From the human T2T-CHM13v2.0 reference genome, Homo sapiens, in assembly GCF_009914755.1 (NCBI RefSeq), contig NC_060929.1: a stretch of 64,000 nucleotides of DNA. The stretch is one strand, 5' to 3'. The notes under the pieces are model-generated. The model saw only the letters and a program-made list of their open reading frames with translations, was not told the DNA's origin and searched no databases. Shown here piece after piece: positions 14,972 to 31,084 of this stretch (position 1 is the stretch's first letter; each line of letters opens with the position of its first letter). The translations under genes and the position numbers were made by a program.

Positions 14972-16349
14972 TAGGCTCATGTATACATTCCCAACCTCCT
15001 CATCATCTTTTTTTTCTTTTCTTGCTCTTCCCTATTTTGGAAAATTTTCTGACTCTTGTAATATAATTACCCTTGCTAATCTTTTAATGAAAGCAATACA
15101 AGTACTAGATATATTTGCAGGGCAAATATCTCCTGACCCTATTATCAGACTCCCATCCATTACCCCAAAGATAATCACTGTTTGTACTTTCTTGTAAGCT
15201 GTCATTATACTACATTTTTGCACATTCACTAAAAAGGACATGGATGTATTTTTCTTAATGCAAAAATGATCATATTAAAATTAAGAACCCTGTACTGTTC
15301 ACTTAATATATCTTATCTTATAATGCTCTCTAGGTCAGCACTGTAGTTACATTTCATTCCCCCTAAACATAGCGTGTTTTTCAAATAGACCCCAAATAAT
15401 TTATTTGACTCCTCATTGTTGTCAGATTTTGTTTTAAATAGTTAAGAATTGTTAACAATTCATGCTGCGGTGAATTTACTAATGCTTACATCGCTGGTGT
15501 TATTTTTGAGTGTGTCTTTCAAATTATTTCTGGCAGTGAAATTTAATAAGAACAATTTTTTAAAAGACATTGAGTTAGAATCTCTGGGGACTTACGATGC
15601 ATATTTTTAAGCAAATACTATCCTCATGAGAATGCCCATTTTTAGTAATTGGAGAATTTACTAATGGGATTGTGCTAGGCACATGCCTAGCTGGAGATGG
15701 AATATAGCATAAAGCCTAAATAGAATTACAGTTGTTTAAGTTGACATGTACATTAGAGTGAATGATGTCTTCGAGAAATAATTTGAAAAAATAACTCCTC
15801 ATTTCAATGTAATCTAAAATGCTGCATAATTGGAAATAAAATAATGAAGTTCCCTTAGGTTCTTAAAAATGTACGTTTTTTTTTCCAAAACTTGGTGGTT
15901 TATTTACATATTACCCATTCTGTAACAAAGCATCAATTAATATATAATGAAATAAGGCCAGTTTACACAAAAATTTTGATTTCAATTAATCTTATTTATA
16001 CATAGAAGTTTAGACAATTTACTTTCATGTGCATCTGCAGAGAGACCAGGATTTACATGAGACTTCTTTAAAAAAATAATAATCAGACAGTAAAAAAAAA
16101 AACTCATCTCTGCTGATTTGTTTCTTAAGTAATATAATTTATTTGCAGATAGTGTTATCAAAAGGAAGAGTGAAAAAGTGATTACTCATGTAAAGTTAAA
16201 CTTTTCATTTTCTCTGCTACGTTAAACAGCTTAATGTGAAAAAAAGTCTTTTATACATTCTGATAATATGGTTAAAATCTGCAAGTCATTCTAAACAAAT
16301 CTCCCTCTTGTTGCTATTAACCGTTCTCTGATTCATAAAGTATCTCTTC

Positions 16350-16551
16350 GGGCGATAGGCCCCGTGCAAGTTCCAAATCCAGCAATACAGTCAAATCTTA
16401 AATCTCCAAAATGATCATCACCTTTGACTCCATGTCTCACATGCGGGTCACGCTGATGCAAGCCGTGGGTTTTCATGGTCTTGGGCAGCTCCACCCCTGT
16501 GACTTTGCAGGGTACAGCCCTACTTCTGGTTGCTTTTACAGGCTGGCATTG
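16350..16551 (-). mobile_element. Isolated THE1/MST (MaLR) internal fragment with no LTR
   Basis: Translation 'VPCKVTGVELPKTMKTHGLHQRDPHVRHGVKGDDHFGDLRFDC' is the characteristic THE1-int pseudo-ORF. Confidence 0.88.
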
Positions 16552-17212
16552 GAACTTGGTCAACTGGAAGTTAAAGAGGTTGCATCCATCCACTCTCTAC
16601 TAGACACTGGCACAATTTAGCAATGACATCAGAGTGTCCTCATTTACTATTTGTATGGTTCTGCTGATAAATATTTCTCTCTGTGCTGTAGATGCATACG
16701 TGGCCAGCTATCTCTTCCTTGTAAAATTTAATTCTGCATAAAAACAGAACAGAAGAAGTAATAACACTGGTTACCAAAGCAATTTGTACCACTTTCTGTA
16801 TAAAATTAAAAACATAAACCTATTTCTTGAGCTGCAGCAGTTTACGGTTTTGCTTCTTAATTGTTTAATGCTTTAAGTTATAAAAGCTTTAAAAACTGAT
16901 GGACATAAAACAGGAAACAGTAAACCTCAAGGAAAATAATTAGCAATAATCTTAATATCAATGAAGTTAACATTTTAGTTACCTGCACTGTATCAATTAA
17001 GGAGTTTCAAATTCTGATACCAACACAATGGCCTCCATGATTACCCTCATATACATATAGTTAAGAATCTGGTATCCTATATAAGAAAGTGCTAATCTAA
17101 CCCAGCATTCATTTGACAGAATGAGGGGTCTATCGAAGTCCACTGACTTTTCTTAGTAAGGGGAACAAAGCAAACCAAGGCTGAGAAGATCAAATGAGTC
17201 CAAAACCAATTT

Positions 17213-17282
17213 GATGTCCTGATTTTATTTCATTTGGGTATATACCCAGTAGTAGGCTTGCTGGATCATATGGTAGTTCTAC
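17213..17282 (-). mobile_element. Short internal L1 ORF2 fragment
   Basis: 'tttgggtatatacccagtagtaggcttgctggatcatatggtagttcta'. Confidence 0.75.
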
Positions 17283-17867
17283 AACAACATTATCAAGATT
17301 TAATGGGTTTAAAGTCATAATTTATGAGGATTCTTTATCCACTAGGTAAATAAATATCTTTTTGATTTAAAGAGAAATATAAGATTTATTTTTTTTTTAT
17401 TATTGGGACCATAATTGTCTTCCTATGCTAAATAACGAGGAACATTTTTAGTGATTGTCTGTGCATTTCACATTTTAGTATCTGGTAATATATTTTATTT
17501 CACTGAATGAGCAATGATTATTTAAATTTCCCCAAATATCAAAACATACATTTTCTTGGAACCAGGGTAAAAATGAAAACTGCTTATGTATATTCTGTTT
17601 GTCCATTTAGGTCTTTTAGTCCTGCACATTCCCGTTAATATTTTACTGATTTGTTGGAGAGAGCAGACAGTTTGTCCTGAAGCACGTCTCAGTCTCACCT
17701 TTTTTATCTGGTTTCTCCCTTATGTTGTTATTGAACATTTTAATCTTATCTCCTGAATATTCTTTAAACAGGGTAATTTTAAAGCTTGTATAGGTTCAAG
17801 CTAAATGTGTTTGACTAGAATACATTGCACGTGACGTTACGTATCACAAATTGTAGCATTTCAGGAG

Positions 17868-18000
17868 TAGGTCTTCCAGATAAAATCCAGGACTTTCTAA
17901 TATTGTGTAGAACATAACTATACTAAAATTACGTTGTTTAGCTGAAATTCACATTTAGTTGAGTGCTCCATGTTTCTACTTGCTAAATCTGACCACCTTA
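17868..18000. mobile_element. MER53-like hAT MITE, internally deleted
   Basis: 'ccagataaaatccaggac...tatactaaaa...gttgtttagctgaaattcacattta...gctaaatctgaccacc'. Confidence 0.7.
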
Positions 18001-18784
18001 TTCAGAAGACATACAAAACCTTCTCAAATTAACTACTAATTTGATGGCAGACTCATCCCTGTATTTTATAGTTATGCTTTTCCCCCTCGTAGTCATGTGT
18101 GAGGTTATTTTGATACCATATGAATTTCCACTTCCCATCAGCCATTTAACTTACTAAGCAAATGATTGTTCATATCTTTGTCTAGTCAATATATCATTAG
18201 ACTTCATGAAATATTTCTTTTCTAACTCTACCATTGCTTTTATGCTAAAATTCTTCTGAAAAGGAGAACTTTCTTTTGTCAATTGGGGCTATTAAGTCAT
18301 GTGCTCAAACTGAAGTTCCTAATAGAAAGGCAGGATAAATGCTTCAACAGCAATAACAACTATTTATTACGTGCCTACGAAGCACTGAATAAATCAAAGA
18401 TCATTGCCCATGTGAATTTTACATCGTAATGGGCACAATTAACAACAATTAGCAGAATAAACCAATAAATTATGTTATAAGGCTATAGATGCTATGGAAT
18501 AAAGAAAACAATGATGGGATAGTGGGAGCCAGGAATATAGAAAAGTGGGAAGAGACAGGTTGCAGTAAATAGGTTGGTCAGTATAGGTCTCATGACAGAG
18601 ATGAGATTAGAGCAAAGATTATAAGGAAGTGAAGAGATCAGGCAAGTCAATTTCTGGGGAGGAGCAAGTAGAGGAAGTAACCAGAGCCAATGCCACTGGC
18701 AGGGGTGAACCTAGGTGCTTTGTGAACAGCAAAGGGCCCAGTGTGGCTGCAGCAGGTGAACAAGGGAGTGAGATGAGGTCTGAA

Positions 18785-18945
18785 ATGGAGATTGAGGGGA
18801 GATACAGTGCAGATGAGCTAGAGATGGATAGATAGAGATAGATGAGAGGAGATGAGATAGAGACAGAGATAGAGATAGAGATAGAAATAGAGGTAGATAG
18901 ATGGAGATAGAGATAGAGAGAGAGAGATGGAGATGGTAGAGATAG
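18785..18945 (+). repeat. Degenerate (GAGATA)n/(GATA)n purine-rich simple repeat
   Basis: Seen directly. Confidence 0.9.
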
Positions 18946-18975
18946 AAGCTGGGTCATTTAAATTCTGTGTAGACT

Positions 18976-19420
18976 TGTGAAAGGAAAATAAATCTTCAAG
19001 CCCCCAAAATCACTAAGCTAAAGGGAAAAGTCAAACTGGGAACTGCTTAAGGCAAACCTGCCTCCCATTCTATTCCAAGTCACCCCTCTGCTCACTGAGA
19101 TAAATGCATATCTGGTGGCCTCCTTTGGAGAGGCTAATCAGAAACTAAAAACAATGCAACCATTTGTCTCTTATCTGCCTATGACCTGGAAGCCCCTTCC
19201 CCACTTCAAGTTGTCCTGCCTTTTCTGAAGGAATCAATGTTCATCTTGAACATGTTGATTGATGTCTCACGTCTCCCTAAAATGTATAAAGCCAAACTGT
19301 GCTCTGACCGCCTTGGGCACATGTCTTCACAGTCCTTGAGTCCTTGGGCTGTGTCACAGGCATGCATCTTCAATCTTGGCAAAATAAACTGAGACCTGTC
19401 TCAGATGTTCAGGGTTCAGA
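18976..19420 (+). mobile_element. MER4A-type solo LTR (ERV1)
   Basis: Starts 'tgtgaaaggaaaataaatc...aaaatcactaagctaaagggaaaagtcaa', ends 'gggttcaga'; 4-bp TSD gact/gacc. Confidence 0.9.
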
Positions 19421-21249
19421 GACCATTGTAAGGAACTGAGACTTTATTTTGAGTTAAATGGGGAGTCATCAGATGGTTTGTAACACTGATTGCCCTGGAT
19501 TAGGTAATGGCACTCTGGTTGCTGTGTTGCAAATCGCCTTTAAATAAGCCAGGTGTGGGAGTCTATGGAGAGCGGTTAGACAGCTGCAGAGGGATTGCAG
19601 ACATGACTGTGGCTGTACATGGATGTGGTGATTTGTAGCTGAATTTGGATTTTGGATGTAGTTTGAAGATAGACTCCACAGGAATTCCAGGAAAATTGGA
19701 GGTGCAGTGAAAAGAAAGACAGAATCCACGGATTTACTGAAGATTTAGCCCTTAGTTAAAATATTTAGAGTCTTGGTTTATAGATGCCTTATATAATAAT
19801 TGAATTTTGTTCTACTCCTTTAGTTTCTTCAATTTTTTCTTTTGTTCTTTCTTTTTTGAGTATTGTTACAGATTTATGGGTTTTCATTGATTCAATTTGT
19901 TTCTATGTAAAAATCATTATTTTTAAAAATGTCAAATTTGTACAACTGCAGGCAGAAGGGAGTCTACTCAAACTAGCTCATTTCTGTGCCCTGTTGAGCA
20001 ACCCATAAGTTTTTAAAAATAGAGGATGGTCGCCTTTTGAATAATCAAAATGCGTGCTCACTTCTTAACTATTTCTTGGATCATTTCACAAATTCCACTG
20101 TTAGAGTTTAAAGCTTCAAACTTTTAGTTTGAGTAATACCAAGCAGAAAATTTCCCGGTTAAGTAAGGGGTATTGAGGCTATTATCTTTAGGCACTAATG
20201 TGAATAAAGCAATGAAAGATATTTATCTTAATATTGAAGAAGAGAGAAGAACTAAAAGAAAGAGACCATAGTGAGTGGGGTGGGAATATGTGTGTGGATT
20301 AAAAGAGAAAGTTTTTTTAAAAAACTTGAATAGGTATCAAGGTACCAGAATCTCAGTCAAAACACAGATGTCTACATTACAACTAAAGACTGTCTAGCAG
20401 AAACAACAGGCTGTGAGTTCTGTTTCTTTAAATTTCTCCTTGGCCTCTAGAGTTTCTTCCTCTGTATATTTTTTCATGTGTTTTAAAGGTGTTCTTGCTG
20501 GAAAGCACCATTGCCCATACAAGAAAAATTTCCTGATTGCAACTGGAATGGCACACTGTTGACGGAATGGAGTCAGGAAATGGGCCCTGGGAGGAATCCT
20601 GAGTGAATTTAGGCTTTCTTTAATAACCTGCTAACATTTCCAGATGTCTTGCTGGCCACTCCAGCGGAGGGCATTTAGAGAAGCAGAACATTTTATCTGG
20701 CTCTTGCAATGAAGGATTTTACTGAAATGCGTATGATTCTTAGAGGTTTAGACTAGAAGTGCCCCAAATGTAAATATTATAACTTTAAAAGCCTGCCCCT
20801 TCATGTGGATTAAGTCTATTACTGTTTTTGGTTTGTTTTTGTTTTTTGTATCTCTAGAGATTATAGGGATAAGCAAAATTCTTAAAACAAAACTAATACT
20901 CCAACCACGCAGGCTTTCAAGATGACTAAAACTGATTGTGTATACTTCCCAATGTGGCTTGAAAATGCCCTGCACATTTTAAGAGAATGTTCCTAGATAT
21001 TCACAATAATCAGTTTAAGTTATTTAGAGGTTGTCTCTCTTAGTAACAACTACCTAGCACAGTTGCCGCCTTTAGAATAATTTCTAGTATCTCTGGACTT
21101 CAGATCTCTGTTCAGTTATTGATTTGGTAATTGCAAAGAGATGAGCATCAGGGTACTGAGAAGGCATAAGTTCAGATGAAAGGGGATACAATTATTGATA
21201 AGCCAAAGAAAGAAATTGATAAATTCCGGATACAGTAATAACAACTGTC

Positions 21250-21378
21250 ACTCAATTAGTTCATTCATGAATTTGTTCATTCATTTATTCATTGTTCCAG
21301 CAATAATGTCTCTGTTCCTACTATGTACCTGCCACTGTTTCAGGAGCAGAGAGAGAGAGCAGTGACCAAAACAGGAAG
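21250..21378 (-). mobile_element. L2 3' end
   Basis: (TTCA)n then 'cctactatgtacctgccactg...gcagtgaccaaaacag'. Confidence 0.7.
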
Positions 21379-21711
21379 GTGAGACACATGTGACTCAAAG
21401 CCAATGTGTTCCTTTGTAGAGCATACTAAAATACTAATCTTCTAAAGATGCATATATGAAAAGTCAAGTTCAAGGTATTTTATCATATTATTTACTAGTC
21501 CAAACCTTTTTTTATGTATAAACCAACAACAGTCTTTAACCTAAGTTAAAATTTCAGCAGTACCAGGCATCAGTTGATTTCTCCAAACTCATTTTCCTTT
21601 CCTTATGTCCATCCTTGCTTATCAAATCAATATACACAGACCATACAGGAGTCTGTTATAGAACACTCAGTACATGTAAATATACAGGATGAATTAGATG
21701 ATTTAATTATG

Positions 21712-22420
<709 letters not shown>

Positions 22421-22770
22421 ATTTTACATATAACATAAATATGGTATGAAGCAGAAGGCAGAATTTTCACAAAGATTTGAAGTAAAGTGAGCACATAAAA
22501 TATTGGCCACTTTGGGAGGTCCACAGTTTATTATTCCCCAAGACTGATTTTATGACATTTCTGGGAAAAAGAAGCACAAATAACAGGTCAATGTTTTGCC
22601 TTTCAAACCACAATTAGAAACTTTGCTAGTAGTTTTCACTGCAAGCTTCTGTTTTTGATGAGTTTTAAGACAGCTTATTGTTTGGGGGTAAAATAACTCA
22701 GTACTTTTTATCACTACAAACCAAAATGTCCACTTACACTTTAGATTCTGTATTTATGATATGTATAAAT

Positions 22771-23070
22771 GGCTGGGCATGATGGCTTATACCTATAATC
22801 CCAGAACTTTGGGAGGCCAAGGTGGCAAGATCGTTTGAGGCTAGGAGTTAGAGATCAGCTTGGGCAATAGAGCAAGACTCCATCTCTACAAATAAAAAAA
22901 ATAAACAAATTGGCCATGCAGAGTCGCACATGCCTGAAGTCCTAGCTACTTTGGAAGCAGAATCAGGAGGGCCACTTGAGCCCAGAAGTTCAAGGCTACA
23001 GTGAACTATGATCATGCCACTATTCTCCAGCCTGTGTGACAGGGTACGACTTCATCTCTTAAAAAAAAGA
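22771..23070 (+). mobile_element. AluJ
   Basis: 'cacttgagcccagaagttcaaggctacagtgaactatgatcatgcc'. Confidence 0.92.
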
Positions 23071-23970
23071 AAACAACTTTTTTTAAAAAATATATATATA
23101 AACACACATACACACACACACATATATATATACAAAATATGTATTTGTTTTATATCTCATAGCAATTTATTTTCTTATTGTTTTTTGCTTGGATCATGCC
23201 TCCTTCCTGCCTTCAACCTTGGCACGTATTAAATGCTCGAGAACAAGGTAACATATTTTACTGTGTCAGGCAAATATATTTAATACGGATGGAATATAAT
23301 TTTAGAATTTCAATTTTGTGCTTTGTCAATATGATAAAATTTGTGATAGATTATGTAAATTGTGTAGTAGTTTACAAAATTTTGAACGCAAGCCATTCAA
23401 CAGACATTTGAGTTGCTTCAACTATTATTTTTTTTAGGCCTTCAAGAGTTAAAATAGCTTTCTCAGTGCCAATTTTAAAGAATAATTCTAAAATTGTGAT
23501 TCCCCCATGACTCCCTTCCCTTGTATGCCAGTCTTTCTTTTTTCAGTTAATTGAACATAGGTGTTTATACTTGAAATCTGGGAATATTTGTCTCGATTTT
23601 CCTCACTCCATGTAGCTTATCAAGTGCCAAGTTCTTACATTCTACTAAAAGTACATTCTTCTTAAAAAATACTCTCAGAAACATTCATTTATGTTAGCTT
23701 CACTGAAATGTCATCTGTTTGCTAAGCCATTGCAATAAACCACCAGTACAGTCTAAATAACTGGCATATAACTTCCTGACAGGATTCCCAAAATATGCTG
23801 CATTCTCCACTCAGGTTTACTCATTAATTCACTCTGCCCAAAAGTTGTCCTTAAAAAAAATTTTTTTTGATAAGCTACTTAGCCTGCTTGAACTAATTTA
23901 TAAAATTCTTTCACATTTAGGAAAAAGTTCAGAAAACTTATTGTATCCTAAAATCCCCTGCATGTGCTAA

Positions 23971-24456
<486 letters not shown>

Positions 24457-24604
24457 TGAATTCCTCTTCTTCAGGAAAATTCTTCCTAACTCCTTTTTCT
24501 TCTCTTCCCAGACCAGATTCATATTCTCCTCCATGACATTGTGTGGTTTCTTGCAGCACTCACCTTCTTTTCAGTGACTTCCCCACTCTGTCTTCCTTGA
24601 CTAT

Positions 24605-25230
24605 TGTTGGAGAAAAAGTGAGCCATGAGACTTTTTTTTTTTTTTTGAGACAGTCTCACTCTGTCACCGAGGCTGGAGGGCAGTGGCAAGATCTCACTGC
24701 AACCTCGCCCTCCCGGGTTCAAGCGATTCTCCCACCTCAGCCTCCCCAGTAGCTGGGATTACAGGCATGTGCCACTACGCTCTGCTAATTTTTTGTATTT
24801 TGGTAGAGATGGGTTTTCACCATGTTGGTTATGCTGCTCTCGAACTCCTGACCTCAGGTGATCCGCCCACCTTGGCAGACTTTATTCAGGACCAACATGA
24901 TAGATGTAAAGACCACTGCAAAGGGGATCGAAAATTACTAAAAGGAAACATCAGAGCTTTGGAGAGATTCTGGCTAATCCAACATAACAGAATCTTTTCT
25001 GAAGGGAGGCCAGGGCAGGCAGACATCACCCAGGGGATGGTGGAAGATAAGGACCTGATCAAATGTTGAGGGTGATCAGATATTGAGGGCAGGGAATTCT
25101 AGTAACTCTGACTTAGCAGGATCCTTGCTAAAACTGGACAATGAAGAGACAAACACAGAAGCCCAAACATCAGCGTGTATTGAGAAAAGTTCAAAAGAGG
25201 CTGATTGGAATTTGGCCAAGAAGGGAACCT
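24605..25230 (-). mobile_element. ERV1 LTR (MER31-like), split by an Alu
   Basis: 'tgttggagaaaaag...agactttattcagg...gaaaattactaaaaggaaacatcag...ggtgatcagatattgaggg...cttgctaaaactggac'. Confidence 0.65.
24632..24876 (-). mobile_element. 5'-truncated AluS
   Basis: poly(T) to 'ccgcccaccttggc'; TSD agacttt on both sides. Confidence 0.92.
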
Positions 25231-25519
25231 ACCTATGGTCTTTGGGAGCAGAATAAATTTCTTATATTGGTTTATGTTGCATCACAATGACATGCTAATT
25301 GCCAAGCACACAGTAGTCTCTCAATGAAATTTCATCAATGAATGAGAAAATGATTAATAATTCAGACTGTGGAGGATGTCAATACAAAGCACATATATTC
25401 AAATATGTAAATATTTTAATGATGTTATTCATTCGTTAAATTAATACAAGTATATTAAATGCCCAGTATATGCTAGAGGCACTAGAGATAAAAATGTGAG
25501 AACAATATGAGACCAGGTT

Positions 25520-25910
25520 TGGCTTCTTGGATCTGTGGCCCAAACATGAGCATTAGGGCTGACTGTTTCCACTCCTTCCATCTGCTCTTCTCTGTGTTGG
25601 CTTCCTTCCCAGGCAGCCCTTCTGCTCCCGTTGACCCTCTGGCTGCTCAAGTGTAACTGTCATGGTTCTGAGTCCTAGACACTCTCCTATCATTTCTGGA
25701 AATCATTCTAATTGGACCAAATTGGGTCATGTTCCCACCCCTGCAACAATCTTTGCAGAGACTGCAGGGATGCAAGCATGATGACTGCTCAGTTCAGGAA
25801 CACGTGCTCTTCCCTGGAGTAGAGTGCAGCCCCACTTAAACCACATAGAGTGAAGATAAGTAGAAAAGAGATTTCTGCCAGGATTCTGGAACAATTTTGT
25901 ACAAAGGAGT
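25520..25910 (-). mobile_element. Old MLT1 LTR fragment
   Basis: 'aattggaccaaattgggtcatgttcccacccctg'. Confidence 0.55.
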
Positions 25911-27469
25911 GGGAATGAATAAATGGAAAAAGCAGCAAATTGTCTGCTAAAATTTAACCAAGCAAAGAGTGGCAGGGGAAGTTTCATGCAGAGGAAATAA
26001 CATATGCCAATGCTATTGTAACCTGAGCAACATACAAAGTACAAAAGAATAAATGAAGGCGTGAAGGCTAGTAAAAATAAGAAATTGACGCAGGTACACA
26101 GTGCATTACAGATACAAGGTAACATGGATAGTTAACTGGGGGTCAACTTGTGGGGAGATTTGTTGTTCATGTGAGGGAGTTTGAGGAAGTAATTATATTT
26201 TCAGGAGTTTGGTTGACATGTACATCATATGTCGGTGATTTTTTAAATTAATATATTTCATAAATCAGATTATGTGATTATATTTTTAAAATGTGTTAAC
26301 TTTTAGAAATAAGTTTCATCTTTAGAAAACAACAGACTAAAAAGTATTATTTCTATTAATAGTAGTTTGAAATTACCATGCAATCAATTTTAAATATGGT
26401 TATCAATGCAATGTCCTTGCTATATAATTGGGGATAATGGAATGTGATTACATGTTTATAATGTTGAAACTATTCATTTTCTTCCAGATTTCTAAGAAAA
26501 ATATGTTATAACTGTATTCTTAGATTAAGACAAATAATATATGTTTTGCCAGATTGTTGATCCTGTAGAAAAAAATTATACTGATACATCATGCCATTTC
26601 TAGAAACTGGTTTTGATACTGATGGACCATATTAAGCATAAGCCATTCAGAAGTAAGTGAGCAATAACTTACATAAGATGAGCTGAAAAAAGTGCTGAGA
26701 ATTAAAGAAAAAAATTCATAATATAATGAAGGTGCTTGATTCGTTTTCATGAGGAAATTCACAATATAAAAGCAATTAAGTGCTTCAACTGATTTATTTA
26801 AGACATCGCAAGTGGAAGCTTGCAACTTTATTTATTTAATCATTCAAATGAAGATCCTATGCAGTACTTGCAATGTTCGCTTTAATGCAAGGGTTTTTTT
26901 TTTAGAGTAATAATTTGAGTCTTAATGTAGATAATAAATAATATAATTTTCTGATTAAAATAATATTAACTTGTTCGGTTAAATTGTTTATCCTCCTAGA
27001 CAATATCCTTTAATAATATAGTTTATAATCTGTGTGAAAATTTACAAGTGACCCAATGGGTAGTTGGAACTTGTGAACAACAGATGTCTCACAGCATTCA
27101 CCAACATCATTAGCAGAAATTACATGAATTAGAAAAATTCCACCTTGTTGCTTACATTTTGTTGTAAAGACTTTTATCTAATAATTCAAAATTAGGATGC
27201 TGATTTATCATATTAACTGTATAATCATACTTCACATAAATTATTTAATAAATATCTGTGACATAGTATGAGTTTTGATGGTACACAGATAATTATGCTG
27301 ACTGTATGTGGTTTCAGATTCACAGATGTCTGTAAGAGGTTCATAGTTAAAAGTCCTTCCTCATCAATTCTGTGACGTGTATAATTGTAGGATTTATTTG
27401 GCTTACACCCTGAGGTATTCATTAATGCTTTTCATCTAATATTTCTGGTTGCCTCTTTTCTGGGCAAAC

Positions 27470-28100
27470 GTTGTATTGCTCTTTTCTGTTGGACTTTGGT
27501 GGGGCCATGAGACTAACTAATTCGGGCCAATCTGTTGTGAGCCAACCAGTGTTTAATCACCCAGTGGTGAGAGCCCCTGCAGAGTCCCCTTGTTTTCCTG
27601 GCAACTGGTAGTGTTCAAGATTGCACTGCTCTTACAGCTGGAGCACCTGAGTAACAAGAAGCAAAGTTTCCCTCCACCCCAATCCTGTTAACTTATGATG
27701 GAGACATTGTGTGAAATTATAATTGGAAGAAGAGCTTGTTCATGAATACAAACCTAAGACATGCCATTGGCTTAGGGGCCAAATGGCAAGCAGTGTGGGA
27801 AAGTTCTCAGAGGCTGGGGAGAGAGCAATTCACACTAGTTTGAAAGTAGAGTAAAACATAATAGGCAAGTCCATGTAATTGAGGGATTTTAATGGCTTTA
27901 AAAGGAAACAGTTTCTCAACTCTAACTAGCAAACCGAAGACTTAAAATCGCAAAACAGAAGATGTAAAACTAGCAAACTGAAGATTTAAAATAAATGTTG
28001 TGGGCAACAAAGGCCAATTAAAGCTTAGTCTTGTTGCAAGGAGGGCATACACTCTCTAAGCATGTGTGGCTGAGGACAGTGATGATAAAGAAGTCATAAC
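27470..28100 (+). mobile_element. MLT1 LTR fragment plus MLT-int
   Basis: 'ggggccatgagactaac...gggccaat...tgtgagc' then 'aaacctaagacatgccattggcttagggg'. Confidence 0.5.
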
Positions 28101-29435
28101 ACCAAAAAGAACAACAGAATTTGGAAAGATTCAAGTACAGAGGCACTGCACCAGATGGGGTCATGTATGTTTGTAAAAATCTGAATTTCTTAAATGTTAG
28201 AAAAGCAATATAATGCATATAATTTACATTGCATAAAACCATAGTGAGAAAGACTGGCACATGACCCTGCCATCAAACACATGCATAATTGTGCACTGAG
28301 ATCCATACATATTCTCACTAGATCAGGCTTTGCTGCTAAAGAAATTTAGTTTTCAAACTTCTGAGGGTTTCAGGATTATAGATAAGAGATGATGTAGTGT
28401 TCTCCCAAGCAAAGGTGTGGCTGAGGCACAGAAGTAGGAACAGCTTGTGGTAAAGATATAAAGTCCCATTTCAGGAATCACAGGCAGATCCAAGAACAAA
28501 CCAAAGACTCAATTTCTTCTCACGTAGTACATGCGTGAGCCCAGGACCCGCGAGAGGGTGGCCTGAGGCAAAGATCATAATTCCATGGTTCTCTGAGGAG
28601 GCTTGGCTCCCATGTGAGAAAAAAGTACAGCACCTTTCCGTGACCTAAATTATCCTCTTAAGAAGTCCCATTGTGTCTTTTCAGCTCTGGAAATACTCTG
28701 GGCTGAATTGTTAACAGTATCTGAGGGCAAGAGTGAGATGATGAAGAATGAGGAAAGATGGGAGTAGAGATTTCCTCTGGAGCCGTAAATGAGATGAATA
28801 TTGACACCGGCAAGATTGGAACATCACTGCCCCCAGGAGCAGAACTTCTAACACACAAGGAAATGCTCCCTCTCAATGGAATATCAAGAATTTAAACTGA
28901 ACCATCAGGGTGCATTGAGCCAGGAGTAGGTAAAGTACCAATTTACCTGAGAAAAATTCATTAACTGAAAAAAGAAAAAGCAAGTGCAATACAGATATAG
29001 GAAGATTCAAGTTCAGTAGAAATTCTTGGGCAGACAGATGACAGAGCAGACAAGTGACAACTTAGAAAATCAACCAACGAGCCCACTAAATCAAAAACAA
29101 AATGAAAAGAATTTATTTAGAACAGAAGTGTACACTCTGCAACTAAATCAGTTTCTCATGTCATAATCAATAAATATGCTGAAAACATGATCACTGAATA
29201 ATAAATATTGAAATGCCATACTGTTAATGACAAATATGTCAAATCATCAAAAATAAAAGAAATGGAAAATGGAATTAACGAAGGGTAAATGGAGTTTTGT
29301 GAAGTAAAAAGAGAACAGATGGTATAGTGGCAATAATCAAATAGCCCATGAACTTCTCAAACTAGTAAATAAAAGTGGAACACACCTAGACATATCTTGA
29401 AAATGCCTTGGTATTATTTTTGGTGAAGATGAGGC

Positions 29436-31084
<1,649 letters not shown>

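Larger units (their letters stand above)
18345..19750 (-). mobile_element. L2 fragment interrupted by a GA-rich repeat and a MER4 LTR
   Basis: 'tatttattacgtgccta', 'aaagggcccagtgtggctgcagcag', 'actttattttgagttaaatggggagtca', 'ctctggttgctgtg'. Confidence 0.8.

Noticed and set aside
18619-18957. Low-complexity ORFs here and at 36029-36347, 37402 and 62407-62804
   Set aside because: Translations of microsatellites
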